From Chrysomallon squamiferum (Eukaryota; Animalia; Mollusca), in contig CM022679.1 in assembly GCA_012295275.1 (NCBI GenBank), positions 23,498,001 to 23,562,000 on the forward strand: a stretch of DNA of 64,000 bases, in the 5' to 3' direction. The notes beneath the pieces are model-generated. The model searched no databases. It was not told the origin of the DNA and saw nothing but the letters and a program-made list of their open reading frames with translations. The stretch's first letter is position 1. Each line of letters opens with the position of its first letter. The translations under genes were made by a program, and so were the position numbers. Shown here in pieces: positions 26,146 to 40,800 of the stretch.

Positions 26146-28837
26146 TGTATTTTTGTATATTTTATATAATATTATAAATAATAATAATAATATATTGTAT
26201 ATAATATAGTAATAACCATTATAACGCATTATGATTATTGTTTTTTGAAGATCTTGATAATCTGGAGGACGTCGTGCACCTTCTCTCATTTTAAATTATT
26301 AATACTCGTTGGATTCACATATAATCAGTGATGTGACTCTTGCTTACAAAACCAAAATCCAAATAGCAACGTTATTTTTATTACCAACAAAGGTTTGTCA
26401 CTGGACACACCCATAAATCGGGAAACCAGTGTAAATGTATATTATTAACCAAAAACATACACTTTAGAAAGACAGTAACAAGTTTATTAGGTATAACTAC
26501 AAGCACTGATAGACCCAATGGACTATTTTTCATCACAAAAGAAGTAGTATATTCTTTTTATCATTCTTTCTTTTTTTTTTTTTTTTTTTTGTGGGGTGGG
26601 TTGGTGGGGATAAATTATAAGTGGAAGTGTTTTAGATGCTGCTGTGACAAAGTTTCAAGAATTAAAGTCATGGGTTGAAATGTCAATTCTTAAATAATAT
26701 ATTTTTAAAAGTAATTGGCTGAACTACATAAAGCCTTTTACAAATAAAAGGACATTTTTATATTGAGATAAAAAATTTGTACCAACCTTCTTATGTATGT
26801 TTGGATGTGTAGCCTTAGCTTAAAAAAGTCTGATGTTGAATTTATTCTAGTATTTATTGTGTGTTAGTCTGCTTGTATATCTATCTACCTACAAGCATGC
26901 ACACACACACACACACACGATAAATCAGAATACTCAATAGGATATTCTTCATCATAACAGCTATACTCTTTATACTGGTTGTTCTATAGTGATTGATTGT
27001 TAATACATAAAATTCAGAGCTATAAGTGCAACAAAAGCTACAGTGCCAGAATTGTCAAATATTGTATTGTAGTTGTGACAAAGAGAAAATACTGATACAA
27101 ATGATGCTGTTGAATACATTTTTGTTAAATACAAGATTGATTTTTATGACAAAAAAGTCAACAAGAGTTAAAGCCCTAAGATTTTATTGTTTCATAATTT
27201 TTTTAATTTTTTTTTAAACTCATAATAAATGAAGAAATATATCTGTAATTCAGTAGTGCAGTAATTTCATTTATTTAATAATAAAATCACTTTAAACAAC
27301 CACAGAAAATCAACTAACATCTATATAAAACTACATCTCTCTCATAAAAAATACTTGAGGAGTTAAACTGATAAAATATCACAGAATGAAGATCTCAAAT
27401 ACAATTCCAACAATAATTCAATTTTCATTTATCTATCCTAAATATTAATTAATTATGAAATGAACATCAATCTTTAAGCAGCAGTAGGTGACCATATATT
27501 TTATGTGAAGTCAATAAATACAAATAGGACAAATTTCTATTTGGTACAAAAAAAGAATATTTTTAATAATAACTGTATAAATAAATTTTAAAAATACATG
27601 TTTATAAAAAAAATAGATGTATAAGTTCTGTAAAAATGCTTTATAAAATACGGAATAATAGTTTTATTTAGAACACAATCATAAAATATATAAAAGTTCT
27701 AATAAATATCACAATGTAGGGGTTTGATAAAAAAAAAAAATAAAGTCCAATATTCACAAATGAAACAAATGATAACATGCAGATATCTCCTTTATAACAT
27801 ATATAATCACAGTTAATAAATAATTAACTAACAGTTTAAGATTATTTATAATGATGCGTATTTTCATTGAATTTGTGTCCATTCAACAAAGACTAGATCC
27901 AATAACAGAACATAGAGTACAACATTTCAAAACCATGAAACAATTACTTTTTGTAAATCTTTTTAAACATACAGCTTGGGATTTATGGCATCAATATATT
28001 TCTAAAAACTGAAAGGTTAATAAAACATACTTCAATTTCAGATATTAAACAGATTTAAATATTTTTAAGTTTATTACCAGAACAGTTATTTTATTTCTGG
28101 GATACTTTATTATTTATAAAGATTGTTAAAGAAAACAAAACAAAACTTACTAAAAACATTGTTTTCGTAACAGCATGTAATAAATAATCACCCAAAGGAG
28201 ATGCCAAGATCTGCAAGGATGATATGAAGCTGCCTTAAATATAGCAAAAAATACTAGACAATATGGCACTTACATGGTTGAATAAATATGTACAAATCTT
28301 TGAAATTAACTTTAAAAAGTCAAATTAACCTTTGTTCCAACCCAATATAATGACAATTGTTCTAATGCTGTTATGCAGAAATCTGGTTTTAATAATAGTT
28401 CTAATGCCCCTGATCTAAAACAACCTTTGTTTCACTTACATGAGATTTATTTATGTACATTACTCCATGTTACTTAAATCAAAAAAGATTTTATTTATGT
28501 TAATATTTCACATGTAAAATAAAAAGATGTTACTCTGTTCTAGTACTGACATTTCTTCTGAAGCATAATATAAAAATGTACTCTAATGCTATCATCCTAA
28601 AACCTAATTATATTTTATTAATCTAAGAGAAATTTAGCTCTCAAAAATGTCTCTATTTAATACAGATATCCTATAAAGTCCTGAAAAAAAAACCCACTGG
28701 TGTAAAGTCTAAAATTAATATTTGTTTCAATACTTTCATCCTAAAACATAATGTTCTGATTTAAAATGCCAACAATAAACTTTATCATGTGTGTGTGTGT
28801 CAGATCTATTAACTGGCTAATATTAATGTTATATATA

Positions 28838-29544
28838 CAGTATTCCCTCGCTATTCGCAGGGGTTACGTTCTTTACCCCCCCACGAATAGCGAAAAACCG
28901 CGAATATTGGATGCAGTTTTAAAACGTCTATTATGAGATTATATACGGTACTAAATGCTTCCCAAACACTTTCTAAAGACACTCTTACTCATTAATACAG
29001 TAATAATGTAGTAATATTGCATGCAGTTATGTATTTCACTAATGTAGTAATGATAATGTAAACACATTTTAATTTTGTACTGAAACAATATTTTAATCAG
29101 AAAGAAACGTAAGTACAGGAGGACAGTAACACCGCATAGCACAGTAACCTATACAGTATTACTGTACCGTAAAGTCATTTTCTATGCGTACAACATATGT
29201 ATTAGAATTGCCAGAAAGTGGAACAAATTTAAAGGCAAACAGACAGATAAATACAGTACGCACAGTTCAGGTAATAATAATACAATTCAGTAATAATATG
29301 AAATTAAAAACATTATTAATACACGGTCACAAATAATATGCACTGTACATACAGTGTATGAATTTATAAAAAAATACGTACTGTATTGCAATAATAATTG
29401 AAAAAATTTGATATTGTTTGTGCGGTTTACCGAGCATTTGTTTTTATGACGTTATGACGCTCGCCTGGTATACCAGCATACGATGCGATAGGGTTAAGAG
29501 CCTAACCCGCGAATGGGGAACCGCGAACAGGTGAGGGTATACTG
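28838..29544. mobile_element. Tigger/pogo-like (Tc1/mariner superfamily) MITE, 707 bp
   Basis: TIRs CAGTATTCCCTCGCTATTCGC (28838) and GCGAACAGGTGAGGGTATACTG (ending 29544), TA on both sides, internal CGCGAA repeats, no ORF. Confidence 0.85.
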
Positions 29545-29721
29545 TACTAATAATTATGGTAGAAGGAATTTCACTTGGAATTTATATGTCTGTCATTTGT
29601 CATGTCAACCACTAAAGTTTTCCAAGGAAACTGTTATACAGCAGGATCATAATAATAATATTCCTGAAAAGCAGTTCTAACAACTATTTTAATACTAATG
29701 CTCTAGCAGTTTATCACAATT

Positions 29722-30071
29722 TCATGTACACGATGGGACATTTATGTGTAGCTCTGGTTTGTAAAAATATCTTAGATCTTCATCCATATCCATGTCTTCT
29801 TCAATAAGAGCTAATTCTGCAAGACAGGAATCATGTTCTTCCTTTATCTGTTTCATTATTATTTCATGATCTCGGCAGAATTTGTGAATACCAAACTGAA
29901 AAACACAATATGTTAGAAACAATAAATTTGTTATATTCAGAAACTATTATTTTAAGTAATACACAAAAACATATAATTTTTAATTTTTCTAATATCCATA
30001 TTTTTTTACTTAAATGCATATATATTTTTTTTTAATCTAAAAATGTATGCTTGAAGGTTAAAAAATATAAA

Positions 30072-30147
<76 letters not shown>

Positions 30148-32670
30148 CATACATACACACACACATACACACACACACACATGATTAATTTAGAGAAAAC
30201 ATCAAACTCACTGTGTCATCTAGCCTTGGACTATTTTTTAACCTGAAAATAAAATAAAACAAAATAGTTTTAAAATTGGCTTTAGAATTCTTTATGAAAT
30301 TACTTTCTAACATTCGATTTGATCATATACACTAAAATCATGTAACATTTTAATTAGTTAAAACTGAAACTAATTAATTACAGCTTCTAAAACTTTGAAT
30401 ATGCATAATTCACTAATATCACTTTTCTGCACATTTGTAATGCTTTATTAGTAGTACAATTTGATTTTGCTTAGCAAAAACAATTGAAAGGATTTAAAAT
30501 GCATTCAGTACCAAAAAAAATAGTTTCAACTTAAATCTATACCTATAAGGAACCCTGGCCAGGGCATCATCTGCCAGTTCTCGAAGTTGAGTGATGTCTG
30601 CTTGATACTGCACCATAGAACAGTCACTGTCATGGCTGCCTACACCTGAATGAAAAGATATGTTTCAAAATGAATGTTAAAATATATGTCAAACTATTTA
30701 ATCTAAGAACATTTGGAGCAGACTATTTTCTAAATACAGTGATTTCAGATGTTGAAAGTACAAATTAAAAAATCCAACCTTTAGTTTGTTTTATGTGTTA
30801 GTTGTTATATATTTATAGTTTTAACTCCATATAGATTCATTTATACAAACACAGCCTTTGTAAATTAATTTTTGAACTGGTATACTTTTAAAAAAACAAT
30901 GTCTTCAAGTAATATAAAAGCTTTTGTAAATTCATCTCTTCTTTACTTCTTTTTTTTTTAACCAACAATAATCCCCCATCCTGAAAAATATGAAACTTAT
31001 TTAAGTGTTGTAACTTATTTGATGAATTCTTGAGGGTTACTGTTTATGTATTAAACAAATCTTTCAATTTATACTTGCCTTTCATTAGATTTTCTAATTC
31101 AATTATTTCTTTTCTAATAATTTTAGATGTTCTGATTCCTTGATATCTCCTGAAATATAAAATAATAGATATCTCTAATTTCACCAAGTATTAATAAAAA
31201 TAAGAAGAATAAACTGCAAAACCTTTTCACAGATTTATTTAATTACCTCTATATTTTATTATTAGTGAAGTTTTCTCACCAATTTTTTAATCATTTGGTA
31301 GTACATAAAATATATTTAGGCCATTTCATATCCAAAACAAGTGTACAGTTGTGAATCCACAATTCAGGAAAAAGGATTATTTTTATTACTGAAATAACTC
31401 TAAATAAACTGATTTTCAGTGTAAAGTAAAAAACTGCTTCTTGACATGACTACATATAAACTTACTGATGAAGAACTGTTCCATCAGGAGCACAAATTTT
31501 GTTCCTTCTTTTCATATGGTTACAAATATATTCAAAGTTTTTCTGAAAGAAACAAAATAAAGATCGAGTATTATTTTTATTAGTTCTAACAACAAATTAG
31601 AAAATTCTGTAAATTGTAGATAAACTTTTATAATAGAGAATGTCACATAATAATTTACATTTTCATTATCATCAGTATAGTCTAAAAGGTTCTTGAAAAT
31701 TATTTGTTTCTGAATGAAAACAAAAACATATATAAAAACTTGAATTTCATTAACAATAACAAGTTTACTGATATATATATCACCAATTTTCATATAATTG
31801 TTTTTCAAATGTTGAATACTTACTGGTACAAAGGGATGGCTATATTTTTTCAAAACCTGTGACAATAAAAAAAAATTAAGTTAATATTAGAAATTTATCA
31901 ACACTATTTACATTAATTATAAAAAGCAATCAAGTATACTCAAACATAGTTTTTATAAAGTGGTCATCCAATAAAAATGTGTTCATTCAAATACATTATT
32001 TATAAAATTTATGTAGAAACTTGATCATATTGAAGAATTTGGATACATTTACAGAACAGAAGAAATAGGGACTTTTTCTTTCTGAAATAAATTTTATCTT
32101 TATACTACATTATTTTTTAATAATCTATAAAATCTGATATTCTTATTTGTGGGCAACAGATTTTGTTAAGCCTGTTTTGAATCTGTTTGAATGGTTTAAA
32201 AAAATAAAGTTTATTATTGCCAACTAATTATCAAATAAATTATAAATAAATAATGTCAAAGTAGTAAATAAAATTACAATTGGTTTTGATGGTGAGGGTC
32301 CATACTGTGCCAGTTCTTCGTGAGGGTCCTGTGGGGATGGAACAATGGGAAGATCTTCAAAGTCATCGGCAAGTGAAGGCAAGAAAACATGACAGGTGGA
32401 TGGATTAACACAGAGGAGGTCTTGAGAAATACTTGTTGTAAGCCAAGGCCTCAGTGGTTCAAGGCAGACAGGAAGGGATCTGTTATGATTTTAAATATAT
32501 TAGTGTTTATTTTAATCTGACTAAAATAACGACAATTATAATAACAGTATAATAATAATAGTAGTAATAATAAATATATCAGCAGCTATAATAGGTAATA
32601 GCAACAACAATAATAAAATAATAATAAATATTACTGGAATATTGTTATTATCAATAACAGTAGCAACAGC

Positions 32671-32715
<45 letters not shown>

Positions 32716-34292
32716 TATTATTATTATTATAATCATAGTTCACCATGTATTATATTAGCAGCAATTATTTCAACAATGGCAACAAAAGCAATGGTAAGAT
32801 TTAATCTTTATTATTAACAGCAGCACAGCCATGGTTAATACTCCACTGAAGCTGCTGATGGAAATAATAATGTGTATTATTGATTTATTATTTGTAATAA
32901 TTATTTGGTCCTTATCATCTTAACTGATGTAAGATGTATTTGTAGAAAAAACATAAACAGTTATCACTTATGCATGTACATACATTCACAAGAACAAACA
33001 CACTGTCATTACCTTTTATGTTCTTCATCACCCTCTCTTGACTGCACAACTCGTCCATCTGATGACAAAACATAAGGAGATGTATCTGCCAGTGGTTTCT
33101 GCTTACCACCAAATATATTAGGATCACTTCCATAAATTTGTCTCTTTAACTTCAGTCCATAAACTGATGGCTTCACAGTATTATCTAATTCTGCATCCAA
33201 GTTATCAATCTCTGTACACTTGTTTTCAACACCTACAAAAGCTTTTCGGGCAGATGCAGGTCGACTTACTGACTTATCTGATGTAGAATTTCCTCTCTGA
33301 CTCGGTAGAATCACTGCACTTCTTGGCCTTGTTCTTAATTTTGAAACAACTGGAGCTGTGGATGGAATGTCTGCATTCATATTCATGTTAACAACTGCAA
33401 AATTTCCTCTTTTGTTAGTTCTTTCCAACACTGCTTTGGCACTCTGTATTCGCCGTGGTCTGAGAACAGAATGTGGAGCCTTGGTTTGTAACTCTTCTGT
33501 ATCATTTTTAAATTTTCTTTCAGATGATGAACCTTTATGACATGTCTCCTCATATGATTTAGTCCTAACATAATTTTTTCTTCCAGTCTGAAGCTAACTG
33601 CTGAATATGTTTGGTTAACTGGCCAATTTTTTCAATGGGTGAAGGGAAAAGACTACCTCGGTAATAAAATCCTTTCTGACTGTTCACTTGTTGTGGTCCA
33701 GATGGTGGAAGATGTTCAACTAAAAAACATCAATTATTGCACATAAATAAAATGTTATACTGACTACAAGAACTGATTTTTTTCAGTGATGTACTGATCA
33801 GTGCCCATTTCTTTCATAGACATTACCTCAAAAGAATGTCCAGTGATGTAAAAAAAATTCCAAGCCAACAAAATCTTCCTGGAGATAGCAAGTACAGAAG
33901 CAAAATACAACACACAGACAGTCATTAAGGATGTCTATGGTAAGTAGGCTACTTCCTTTAGTATATTCACAACAATAAAAACACCAAAAAAAATGAAATA
34001 AGATTTTACTAAAACCACAAAATAGCCTTCATTACATTATAGTGATATTTGACCAGTCAACACCTTTTAGTATATTTTGTATTTTTATACAACTTTTTAT
34101 TTTGTTAAAAATGTTTGTGTCTGAATACATTAAAATGTCCCCCTTTCTGAATACACAGTAATAGGATCCCTTATAAAGTTATTGGCAATTCATAATCTTA
34201 TCACAAACTGGCAACATATTTCTTTCCTCATTATCTCTGGGTTCGTTAACAACATGTATTATAATATATAACCACAGATATAAAATCTGAAT

Positions 34293-34324
<32 letters not shown>

Positions 34325-34531
34325 ACATCAAAATCGAAAATACAACTTTGCATCTATGTAAAACGTATTAATAAAAAACTAAATATGGGGTTATGCAACT
34401 GATAGTTATAAATAATTTATAAATGTATGCAGTAACAAATAATATTTTGAATTATGAATATATATCAAACCTTTTTTTTCACCAAGTTCCCGAGGTAAGT
34501 CAATGATACCATTGAACCCGAGGGACGCCAT
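29722..34531 (-). CDS. Uncharacterised ~485-aa protein, 9 exons, candidate ciliary gene; one +1 frame break at 33574-33579
   Basis: Exons 34531-34471, 33719-33013, 32479-32278, 31856-31824, 31542-31466, 31149-31079 (GC donor), 30645-30543, 30242-30212, 29895-29722; all phases match if the A6 run is read as A5. Starts MASLGFNGIIDLPRELGEKK; low-complexity middle with RIQSA/RPRSA/RPASA; helical C-terminus (IRKEIIELENLMKGVGS...HDSCLAELALIEED). No family recognised. Confidence 0.75.
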
Positions 34532-34855
34532 GTTGTTTACATCTGTCATGTGGTTGTCAACGGAACACTTAAATATTTTATTACTATAATTATTAAATAT
34601 TTTAACAAACTATTAAAGATTTTACACATTGATATCGATTGACATAATCTTTTACTTGATATTTAAGTTAATTTAAATCTCTGCGTTTCGAGATAAACAC
34701 GAAGGTAGACTGACTTTCTGTCGTTCATGATTGCTGCGCTTCCTTTAATAAGAATGAAAAGGGAAGAAAAACAGTGTAATAAATGGATGAATGTATTTGC
34801 TTTATCATCTGCAGACAACATCGAATCGTATAATTAGTCATCTTCACCATTAACG
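34532..34855. promoter_or_regulatory. Bidirectional promoter region orphan gene / NPLOC4
   Basis: ATGs at 34531 (-) and 34856 (+); X-box-like GTTGTCAACGGAAC 34553-34566; CpG cluster; possible NPLOC4 5'UTR intron 34705-34814. Confidence 0.65.
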
Positions 34856-37821
34856 ATGTCCAAAACTATTGTAAGTTATGCAGCTCTTTCGATGTTTTCT
34901 TGTTTATTATGAACTGTCGTTGTTTGTTTAAACAATTTATAATTTATTCGTTTTCTTCTAATATTCTGTATGATTGAATTACGAATACTCAGAATATGTT
35001 GACGGAAAGTAAATAAAAATAAGCATTATGATTATAATCGTCAAGTGAAATACCAAATTTCATTTTTTTTAATTTTATTTCGATATTTTTTTTTTTTTTA
35101 TCGGATTCGGTTTTTGTTGCTAAAATGTATATTAAAATGATCAATATTCCTAGTCTGATATATTTCATCTTCTGAAAGTGATAGTGATAGTGATACTAGT
35201 TTGTTTTTTTATGTGTCACTGTGTGTGTGTTATTTTTTTTTTTTTTTAAATTATATATATAATATACATTTTGTTTTTTATTTATTTATTATTATTATTA
35301 TTATCATCATCATCATCATTTATCATTATTATTATTTTGCTTATTTTAAAACATTTTATTCTTGAATTTGGGTATTTTAATACTTAACAAAAACACTGGG
35401 TGATTAAAATTAAAATTGTCATAGTTAATTTATTTTGCTTTTTAAATGTTTGTTTAAATATTTGTATATTACTAATAAATAATAGTTTTGTATGTTATCA
35501 GTTTAGTAATAAATTTTAAAGACTTACTAATAATCATTACGATTATAATATATCAAACACTGTCAACTAATGATTGAACAGACATGATCTGATAACAAAA
35601 AGAGTGTGTACCATGTTAAAAATTTATATTGTCAATTATGTTTTTATGTAACTGATTGCCTTTTTAGTAAGTTCTTTTTGCTTCAGACTGTAAGAGTGCA
35701 ATCTGCTGATCAGGGAACTAAAAGAATTGAAACTAAAGGTTCAGAAACTATTGCGAATTTTCTAAATAAGGTAATACCAATTTTTTTCCTTTATACTTAG
35801 ACGTGCACATATGATTATATATTATCTGTTATAATAATTGTTATCTATTTGACTTTTGCCTCATTTATATGAATTTATAAGACTTCTCCACAATGAGACA
35901 CGTACACACACACAAACAATCTGGTCTGCATCAACAAAGTAATTTTAAGAGAATAGTAGGCACTCCTGTTTTACACCATATTTGAACATCCATTAAATTT
36001 ATGAAGAAAATGACTTTGTTCCTGTTTAAATAGATGTTAAACTAAACAAAAAAAAGCAACTGTGTAGGTGAATCCAGACTTGTGGATGTTGCTGTCTAGA
36101 TAATCTTGAATTTGAAAAGGTTGTTCATGATTGGTCTATTGGTATATTATTATTTCATAACAAATTTGTCAGTCAAAAATCCAGAAAATTATGGCTATTT
36201 ACAAATGTTAATTTAAACGAAGCACTAAACTTCAAGCTTTTTCAAACACTATCATGACTATGAATGTGCTTATTTATTTATATTTATTTTTTATTTTTTA
36301 TTTTTTTATTGTTATTGTTTGTTTATTGTTGTTTTTGTTTTTTTTAGTTTACCTTATTTCATATTCCCCTACTGTATTCATTCTTGATTAAACCACCACT
36401 ATTGATATTTTCTGCAGATTCAAGAAGCATTTGGCTTGGGTGACATTGGCTGGGATGTCTACCAGAAAAGAGACAAGACTGGACCCATAAGAACATCTCG
36501 AGCCAGAACTGTAGACTTTTATAAAATCAAGTAAGTTCAAATATTAATAAACAACCTCAGTTATATTTACGTTGGGTCAAAATACAAAATTATGCTTTTC
36601 TTCAGTTATTATTGATATCTCTTTTTTCTTTTAGAAAAGATATTTTAAAAAATATTTCTAGCTACCTTAGTTTTATTTCATTATATATTTTACATAATAT
36701 TTAAAATTTATATTCTTTTGAAACCTGAAAAGATACATTACCTACATATATCATTATAGTTAAAGGTAACTTTGTATGGAGCAGTAGTATTATTATTAAA
36801 AATAAAAATTAATAAACTAATTTATGATTTGAATTTCAGACATGGTGACATGGTGTATTTGGTCTGTGAAGCAAAACTTAATGAAAATGGAGAACCTATG
36901 GAAACTGGGAGTGGGACATCACTGGCAAGTATGGGTGGAATACAGCCAGATGAAGTGGATATCATCCTTGAAAAAGAAGATGGACGAATTTACAGAAAGA
37001 GAAATGATCAGCTGTTAGTTTCATTTTTGTTTTTGTTTTTCGTTTGGATTTTGATTTGATTTTTTTAACCAGATATCCAGTAATTCTTCTGTTTCTTCAG
37101 CAAATGCTATCCAGTTATTCAATTTTATCAATTTTATCTTGTGTGATTCCATGTTATCAGTATGTAATGAGGTGCATAAATGCATTGGATTGGTTAATTC
37201 ACAAAGCAAATGAGATTACAGTCTTCTGTTTCTATATGATTTAACCCTTTCATATTTGAGAGATGATGTGTTTTTCATAATGTCTGACACTATCAGCAGT
37301 GTGGCACACATAAATGAAAGATTACTAATATATATGTTTTTAATTTTCATCAGAAATGAGTTTTAGTAAGCAAATAATAACCAGTTTATTTTTCGAATAT
37401 TGATTTCATTCAATTTGTTTGTTTTATTCTTATGTGTGTCTGTGAGTGTGCATGTGTGTGTGTGTTTGAAATGATGCTACAGAAAATGTAAGTTTTTATT
37501 TATTCCCAAGATCTTGTTATTTTACTGATAGTAGTAATTGGTTGCTCGAGGTTCAAAATACTGCCATTTGTTAATACTATCAAAGTACACTTTCACTATA
37601 TTTATTTCAGATGCCATCATGGAGCCCATGGAAAATGTCTTCACTGTGTTCCTTTAGAGGTAGTTCAGACTCATTAATTAACTTTGTAAAATAAAGAAAT
37701 TAATAATAATAAACAGTTTAAAAGTTTAAAGTCAGAAACTTTTTCTTTTTTTTTTTTACACATCAACATTATTCAAAAACATAATTATTTGTTGTTACAT
37801 AAATTACTTTGTTACTTTTTT

Positions 37822-37886
<65 letters not shown>

Positions 37887-40800
37887 TTTATTCTTACAGC
37901 CATATGATGAAGACTTTCTAAAAAGCTGTGATCCACCAATCAAATTTTTGTCTTTCCATGCTTACCTAAGAAAACTCACAGGAGGAGTGGACAGGTAATC
38001 ATCCTGAGCATCATTGTTAATCATCACCAGATGTATTATCACAACTGTTTAACCTGAAATCTTTCTTTATTAAAATTTAGTCATAATCCCTTTTACTCTG
38101 TAGAGTATAATTGCTACACTTCATTGAATTAGATCCATTATTCACATAGATGGAAATGATTAGTCATATTTGTAAATTTCAGAAATATAAATTTATCTGT
38201 GACAAATTCTTACTCTGTATTATTGTAATCAGTTAACCATAAAATAAGCCTCTGTATGAAAGCATCAGTTAGTATGAGTTGGTTTAAACAGTCATCAGTC
38301 CCAAAATCTTCATTCTTTCTTAAGGTTTATTTTGTTGTACAGTCAACAATTTTATAATTAGTTATTTCTGCTAAATGCGTATTTTGTACAAATAACAATC
38401 TTAAAAATTTCTTTTTTTCTATAGACTTCTTGTTAAATTATATAGTTATATATATATATATATTTCTTTTTAGACAGTATTCAGTTAATAAATACAAAAT
38501 TCTTTATCTTTAGGGGGAAGTTTGTGAACTTGGAAAATCTCAGCTGTAAGATTAAAACAGGCTGCAAAGAACATCCGCCGTGGCCCGGTGGAATCTGTAC
38601 AAAGTGTCAGCCGAATGCAGTCACACTTAACAGACAGGTGAGTTTATTAATAACTGTTTTTACTGGCTTTAAAGACGGTTAGGTATGTTTTCATTAAGAA
38701 GCATTTATTTTATAAATAAAAAGAAACTAAAGCCAAAATTTTCAGCATACTTTTGTTTTTCGTTTTTTTTTTTTTGAAAAATGTTAAAGTAGAGAGTTTT
38801 GATTATGTTTTTACAAACATAAAGAGAGTAATACTGATAATAATATTATTAATATATTGGTATTTTCATGCAAACTGTTTTGTATTTTTGAAAATAATGA
38901 CACTTTGAAGAAAAAAAACTATGCTCCACATCAGGCATATATTTCAGTAAATAAATCAAATTTTGCTATATCAGTGAGAAATATATACCTGAACAAGTCA
39001 TTTTTTAAATTTTATTTGCATGTCAACTGTTACACATTTATTTCCAGAAATGTTACAAAACTTAGACAATTTTATTAACATTAATTGTAAAAAAATATTA
39101 TTTAACTGTACAATTTGTCATTTTAAATTTCAGAAATATCGACATATAGACAATATTATGTTTGAGAATCCACAAGTTGCAGACAGATTTTTAGACTTCT
39201 GGAGAAAAACTGGAAGTCAGAGAATAGGCATTCTATATGGAAGATATGAACCACACAAAGATGTTCCACTTGGCATTAAGGCAACAGTAGCAGCTATATA
39301 TGAACCACCTCAGGTATGTTTTTTTTCTACTGCTTCAGTCTACATGGAATTTAAATTTAAATTATTATATTCTTTTTCTAATTTTTCATGGAAATAAAAA
39401 ATCAGATGAAAAGAAAGGTTTCAAGAAACATTTATACCTTTTTAAATGAAATATAAATGAAGTTTCATATTACCATGTTTATGAAACGTTCTCACTGTTT
39501 GAGTGTGATTTTATATCTTTTAGGGAACTTTGTCACTAAATATGCAAAAAAATGAAGAAAGAAATAGATAATTTAATCCTTTTAAAAACCACATATTATG
39601 ATTTTTCTTTTTATTTACCCTTTTTTCTTTATTATTCTTCTTATTTTATGCTATAATAATTATTTATATTATCCTTATGTAAGTTACCACAGTTTCATTA
39701 TTTTTTTTATTTTTTGGCTTAATTTTTCAGTTATGTTCAAAGAATAAAATTGAGTTACTGGAAGATGAAAAAGAAAATTTAATAAATCAGGTGGCAGAAA
39801 AACTTGGTGTAAAACCTGTGGGCTGGATTTTTACAGATTTGGTTGCAGATGATCTAACAAAAGGAACAGTGAAAAATTTCAGAGGAAATATGGTAGTACA
39901 TGTTTTTAGAAGCAGACTGTAGTTAAGGATTTAGCTGTAATGGGAATTATTATTTTTTAAGTGCATCCATCATTCAGTATCCCAATCCAGCCTTTGCCTC
40001 GTGACAGGTATATGTAAATTGAAACAAAATTTATTATAGAAGATAACTAATAAAGATTACAGTTTGCAAAACATTTTGATGCAGCAGGTTTTATCTTAAC
40101 AATATAATCACAGAAGTTACATCTTGTTATTGTTACTGGTGTATTTTAAAGTTTTGTCAAACATTCATTCTGTGATTATTAAATTCAACAGGACTATTAC
40201 GTTCTATAAAACAGTCAAGAAATCATCTGTTACATTTGAATTCTAATATTTAAAATAAAGTAAGTTTCCTAAAAACTTTTTTTTTTTTTTCAGGATGCTC
40301 ATTTCATCAGCTCTGAAGAGTGCATTATGGCAGGGCATTTTCAAAATAAATACAAAAATCCTTGCAAACTTTCTCGAGATGGCTACTTCGGTTCCAAATT
40401 TGTTACTGTGGTTGTCACAGGTTTGAAAATATAACATGTTAGCATAAAAATTTATTTAATTGAAAATGCATTAAAAAGTAAGAAAGACTAGTCTAAAAAA
40501 AAAATATCTAAATTAATTGAAACTGAAATTATTATTTGAATATTAAATAAAAATTTAAAAAATTAAAAAATGATGAAGAATGTTCTTCAGTAAATGTATT
40601 ATTTATATATATTGTTAGAACTGTAAAACATTTCTTAATATTTTTGTGTTAATAGATGCTTAATACAGTATTTTGGATCTAAAATACAGAAAGCTCATTG
40701 CATTTATTATCAGTTATCTACCTTAACCCAAGATTTCTAATTTCTGTTTTTATTCAGTTTCATCCACATTTCACATAAAGAAAATTTTTACAATAATAAA

